The translations under genes and the position numbers were made by a program. The notes below the pieces were generated by a model that saw only the letters and a list, made by a program, of their open reading frames with translations, did no database searches and was not told the origin of the DNA. A stretch of 64,000 nucleotides of DNA from Escherichia phage JES2013: sequence record KC690136, one strand, 5' to 3'. Within the stretch, counting starts at the first letter, position 1. The number at the start of each line of letters is the position of its first letter. Of this stretch, positions 60,978 to 64,000 are shown in pieces.

Positions 60978-63714
60978 CTGTGATCTGGAACGGGACTCCC
61001 ATCATTTTAGAAGCTTGCCAGAAGCAATGTACCACCATCTCGCCCACAGGGCTCCAGATAAGTTCAAGCTTTCCGTCATCGTTCAGGATAGGATCGTACA
61101 CCGTGTTTCCGTCTCTGTCAACCACTTCGTTTCCGTTTTCATCCTTGCGTGCCTTTTTGTACTTATGACCGTCGAACACATGAAGTTTGGCCTCCTGCTC
61201 TGCCTTAAATGCTTCCAATTCTTCAATTGTGTCGAAGGTGTACACAGTCTTATACTTCGGTGTGTCAGGTACTTGAAGCTGATATTCGTCATGGTAATAG
61301 ATAATACGACGAACACCTTCATCGTACCACCCACGCTTCACCATTTGGTGGTGCATAAGTATCCCAACTAAGTCACACAGCGATGCACCACCATTCTGTT
61401 GGTATGCATTAAGTAAAGAGTGTTTAGATCGGGTCCAGATGGCATGACCATCAAAAGAGTAGATAAACTTCTTACCCGTTGCTTCCCAGAATTTCTCCAG
61501 ATCCTCTTTACGCCCCTTAAGACCAGGGTTGGCATCCCAAAGTGCATCGATCACCCTTTGTCCCAACTCTGGAGAGATGTCCAGCATATCTGCAACTTTA
61601 TCTTTTTGTGCCCCGTACATAACCCCATACGTGATAGGTTTACCGTCGTTACGAGACACCTCTCTGCCTGCTACTTTTGTATATGCCTCAGCATTGTTTT
61701 GGTGTGCGTCCCCGTTACTTACAACATCATAATACAAGCCGTTGTCGAACTCAAAGGCACCCCAAGCCCCGATAAGCTGCTCTAAGTTGGACCCGTCAAT
61801 ACCGATCTCAAAGTATCCTGGAGGAACACCCCACAAGCTACGCATCTCTTTACCCATAACCACTTTAGGAGAGGGTTTAGGCATGTTTGCACAAATACTG
61901 TGTTTCTGTCTGGAAGTGTTTGTTAATCCAGAGCTTTTAGCAGGAAGCTTATGGTCAATCTTCAAACGTGGGTGATTAAGAAGACCAGTGTCAACCTTAT
62001 CCTCCTTGATTGGATCAAGTACCGATCTGCGGTTTCGCAATGATAACCATAAGACGATATCTTTAGCCATCTCTCCGTTCAATTTTTCAAGATTCGGACA
62101 CAGGTGTCCAAACGTATCTTTCAGTTGCGGAGAAGTAATAAGTGCCCTAGCTTTTCTACGTATTTTCCCGAATACTTCCTTTTTAATCCTTTCGGAGTTA
62201 GGAAAGCTTCGGAACTTGTGCACGGTTGTCTGGAACTTAGCATCAGTTTTGTTCCAGAAGTTGATAATTAGGTCACAATACTCTGACTCTAAAAGCTCGT
62301 CCATATATGCATATACTCGTGCATCAACATCTGCATCAGGTAGAGCTTTCTTCTTGCTGTCTTTAGTTACATCCTTAGTTCTCCACATTGTCGGAAGCCA
62401 ACCAGCACTGATCAGGTATCGCTTAATGTCGTCCTGATTGCTGATTTTCATAGGTATCTTGCAGTCCGGCATTCGCTTCTGCTGTAGATCACTTATTGCC
62501 TGATCCATTAGCTCTTTAGGTAAAGGTTGTGGTGTGGAGGTGCCCTTAATATAACCTCTCAAGAAATCAGCCATCTTGTCGGGGTCTTTGCAGCCCATCT
62601 CTTCGCACCATTTTATCCCCATCTTGCTGACATCTCCTGTGGAGGTAAATGCTCGCTTAGGCGGGGCTTTGAACTCTAAAGCGCTCATGTCTACAGGATA
62701 GCCAAGCTTATCTTTTAACCATTTCCAACCATTATTGGAGATTGTCCCATCTTGGTTAAACGGCTTTTCAGGGAACTTGGGCCGCTGAGACATTGACAGC
62801 TCTTTTAAAGGTAGTTGTGGTTCAACACGATCAGCTATTTCTTTCATCCACGCATCACAACGGTCACGTAAAGCAATAGCTCCATCTATGTCAAAATACA
62901 CACCCTGACGGGCCTGCAGCTCCATCAGGAAGTGCTGCAGCATGCCTCGGCGTAGTGCGTTCTTCCAGGTGATCTTCTTGAACCCTTTCGGCTTCTCTTT
63001 GGCAGGATCGTACATAAAGTTCTGCATGTCAGATTTGCCGTAGAATACACCTTTTGATTCCGCTACCAGCTCTTTCCAGAGCAGCTCCTGGATGATAACG
63101 TCCTCGAATACACGATCCACATACTTCCACAATGGAAGATCGCGCCAGTCATCAATTTGAACTTTCTGGTTACCAAGGGCGTAGCCCCATGCCATAAGGC
63201 CGTGAGGACCAACAGGCTGCATTTTCTTAGTAACCGGGTTGAATACAGAGTCCGGACAACCTTTTGGTAAAGGGCGATCAGGCCACAAGATTCGGCTCAT
63301 CGCCAACGTATCAAACAGATTAACCTGGTGGTCGTTGATAGTCCCCATGCATTTAGGATCACGGAACATATCAAAATGAATACCGGATAATCTTTCCATC
63401 AGCATAAAGTCATAACTGTAGCAGTTATGGCAGTTCAAAGCTGTTGGTGACCAGTCGGAATTTCCTGTAAGCCAACCTTCCAACTCCGAAAAATCTGCTA
63501 TGCGAACTTCAAAATCTTTATAAAGAGTTTTCTTTGCCAGAATAAAGTTCTTAGCCTTCTCTATATCCTCCTCGGAGTAGTGTGTGCGGTCATTTAGAGG
63601 AAGGAACAGCATAAAACGGTTCTTATTCAGCTCTTTAAACAGGCCGCAATGATAATAAAGATCTGGGTCTTCCAAGAGCCCGGAGGCCTCCAGATCGAAG
63701 CACCAATTACTCAT
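60937..63714 (-). CDS. DNA polymerase, family A (T7 gp5-like) with N-terminal 3'-5' exonuclease
   Basis: N-terminus CFDLEASGLLE...HCG parallels T7 gp5; motif B-like KPITYGVMYGAQ; motif C-like YYHDEYQ; C-terminus GRNWGDCH vs T7 GPNWAICH. Confidence 0.9.
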   Translation of the reverse strand: MSNWCFDLEASGLLEDPDLYYHCGLFKELNKNRFMLFLPLNDRTHYSEEDIEKAKNFILAKKTLYKDFEVRIADFSELEGWLTGNSDWSPTALNCHNCYSYDFMLMERLSGIHFDMFRDPKCMGTINDHQVNLFDTLAMSRILWPDRPLPKGCPDSVFNPVTKKMQPVGPHGLMAWGYALGNQKVQIDDWRDLPLWKYVDRVFEDVIIQELLWKELVAESKGVFYGKSDMQNFMYDPAKEKPKGFKKITWKNALRRGMLQHFLMELQARQGVYFDIDGAIALRDRCDAWMKEIADRVEPQLPLKELSMSQRPKFPEKPFNQDGTISNNGWKWLKDKLGYPVDMSALEFKAPPKRAFTSTGDVSKMGIKWCEEMGCKDPDKMADFLRGYIKGTSTPQPLPKELMDQAISDLQQKRMPDCKIPMKISNQDDIKRYLISAGWLPTMWRTKDVTKDSKKKALPDADVDARVYAYMDELLESEYCDLIINFWNKTDAKFQTTVHKFRSFPNSERIKKEVFGKIRRKARALITSPQLKDTFGHLCPNLEKLNGEMAKDIVLWLSLRNRRSVLDPIKEDKVDTGLLNHPRLKIDHKLPAKSSGLTNTSRQKHSICANMPKPSPKVVMGKEMRSLWGVPPGYFEIGIDGSNLEQLIGAWGAFEFDNGLYYDVVSNGDAHQNNAEAYTKVAGREVSRNDGKPITYGVMYGAQKDKVADMLDISPELGQRVIDALWDANPGLKGRKEDLEKFWEATGKKFIYSFDGHAIWTRSKHSLLNAYQQNGGASLCDLVGILMHHQMVKRGWYDEGVRRIIYYHDEYQLQVPDTPKYKTVYTFDTIEELEAFKAEQEAKLHVFDGHKYKKARKDENGNEVVDRDGNTVYDPILNDDGKLELIWSPVGEMVVHCFWQASKMMGVPFQITGEYLCGRNWGDCH

Positions 63715-64000
63715 ACTGTCTCCTCCTGTGTCTTCTCAGCATTCTTTCTTGCAGCTATTGCATCGTCCCTGTTCTTGAAATACCCAAGGCATTTCCTTTT
63801 ACCATCTACATAAATTCTGGCTACCCATCTTTCATGGGTTTTATCCCAATTCACCCCTGAGCAACCGCTGGTGTTATTATACTGCACGGCTCTTCCACTC
63901 TTGTGCGAAAAACCATTATCTTCGAAGAACTTTCTTGCCCACTCTGCCTCTTCAAAAGTTCTGTACTGGCCTAGCCAGACCCTTTCACCTACAGAGTCTG
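63711..64000 (-). CDS. Homing endonuclease C-terminal fragment with AP2 DNA-binding domain (5' end outside window)
   Basis: SGCSGVNWDKTHERWVARIYVDGKRKCLGYFKNRDDAIAARKNA matches AP2-domain pattern; stop overlaps polymerase ATG (ATGA). Confidence 0.5.
   Translation of the reverse strand, partial: DSVGERVWLGQYRTFEEAEWARKFFEDNGFSHKSGRAVQYNNTSGCSGVNWDKTHERWVARIYVDGKRKCLGYFKNRDDAIAARKNAEKTQEETV

Noticed and set aside
1-64000. Prophage or integrative element
   Set aside because: No integrase, recombinase, attachment-site-like repeats at a tRNA, or host housekeeping genes; the content is that of a lytic phage replication and early region

Overview
The window reads as a contiguous piece of a virulent tailed dsDNA phage genome (about 40% GC by eye), with no integrase, rRNA, tRNA or CRISPR array detected. 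It has two convergent gene blocks. A rightward block (about 1.8-38.7 kb) carries nucleotide and DNA metabolism genes: RNA ligase 1, Sir2, MazG-like, ATP-dependent DNA ligase, lambda R-type endolysin, FEN-type 5'-3' exonuclease, endonuclease VII, DnaQ-like exonuclease, two DNA methyltransferases, dNMP kinase-like, ThyX, class Ia RNR (nrdA, nrdB, glutaredoxin), anaerobic RNR (nrdD, nrdG) and PhoH. It then runs into a long array of small, mostly acidic ORFs (27.5-38.7 kb) with several paralogous families and an embedded ribosome hibernation factor homologue. A leftward block (63.7 down to 41.3 kb) starts with a T7-type family A DNA polymerase preceded by an AP2/HNH homing endonuclease and continues with an SSB-like protein, a macro-domain protein and many small ORFs. 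Between the blocks lies a 2.6 kb gene-free, repeat-rich region (38.7-41.3 kb), and a second 1 kb non-coding island (51.4-52.3 kb) holds duplicated modules with Fur-box-like palindromes and direct repeats. The left edge has a divergent kinase/phosphoesterase pair that, with RNA ligase, forms an RNA-repair-like cassette, plus three phased 17-bp palindromes. Sigma70-like promoters (TTGACA-N17-TATAAT), intergenic stem-loops and short translationally coupled membrane peptides recur throughout. All calls rest on motif recognition by eye; no database search or folding was run, and hand-derived coordinates for regulatory elements and refined starts may be off by a few bases. The gene content resembles Felix O1-like enterobacterial phages, but that is inference from memory only.
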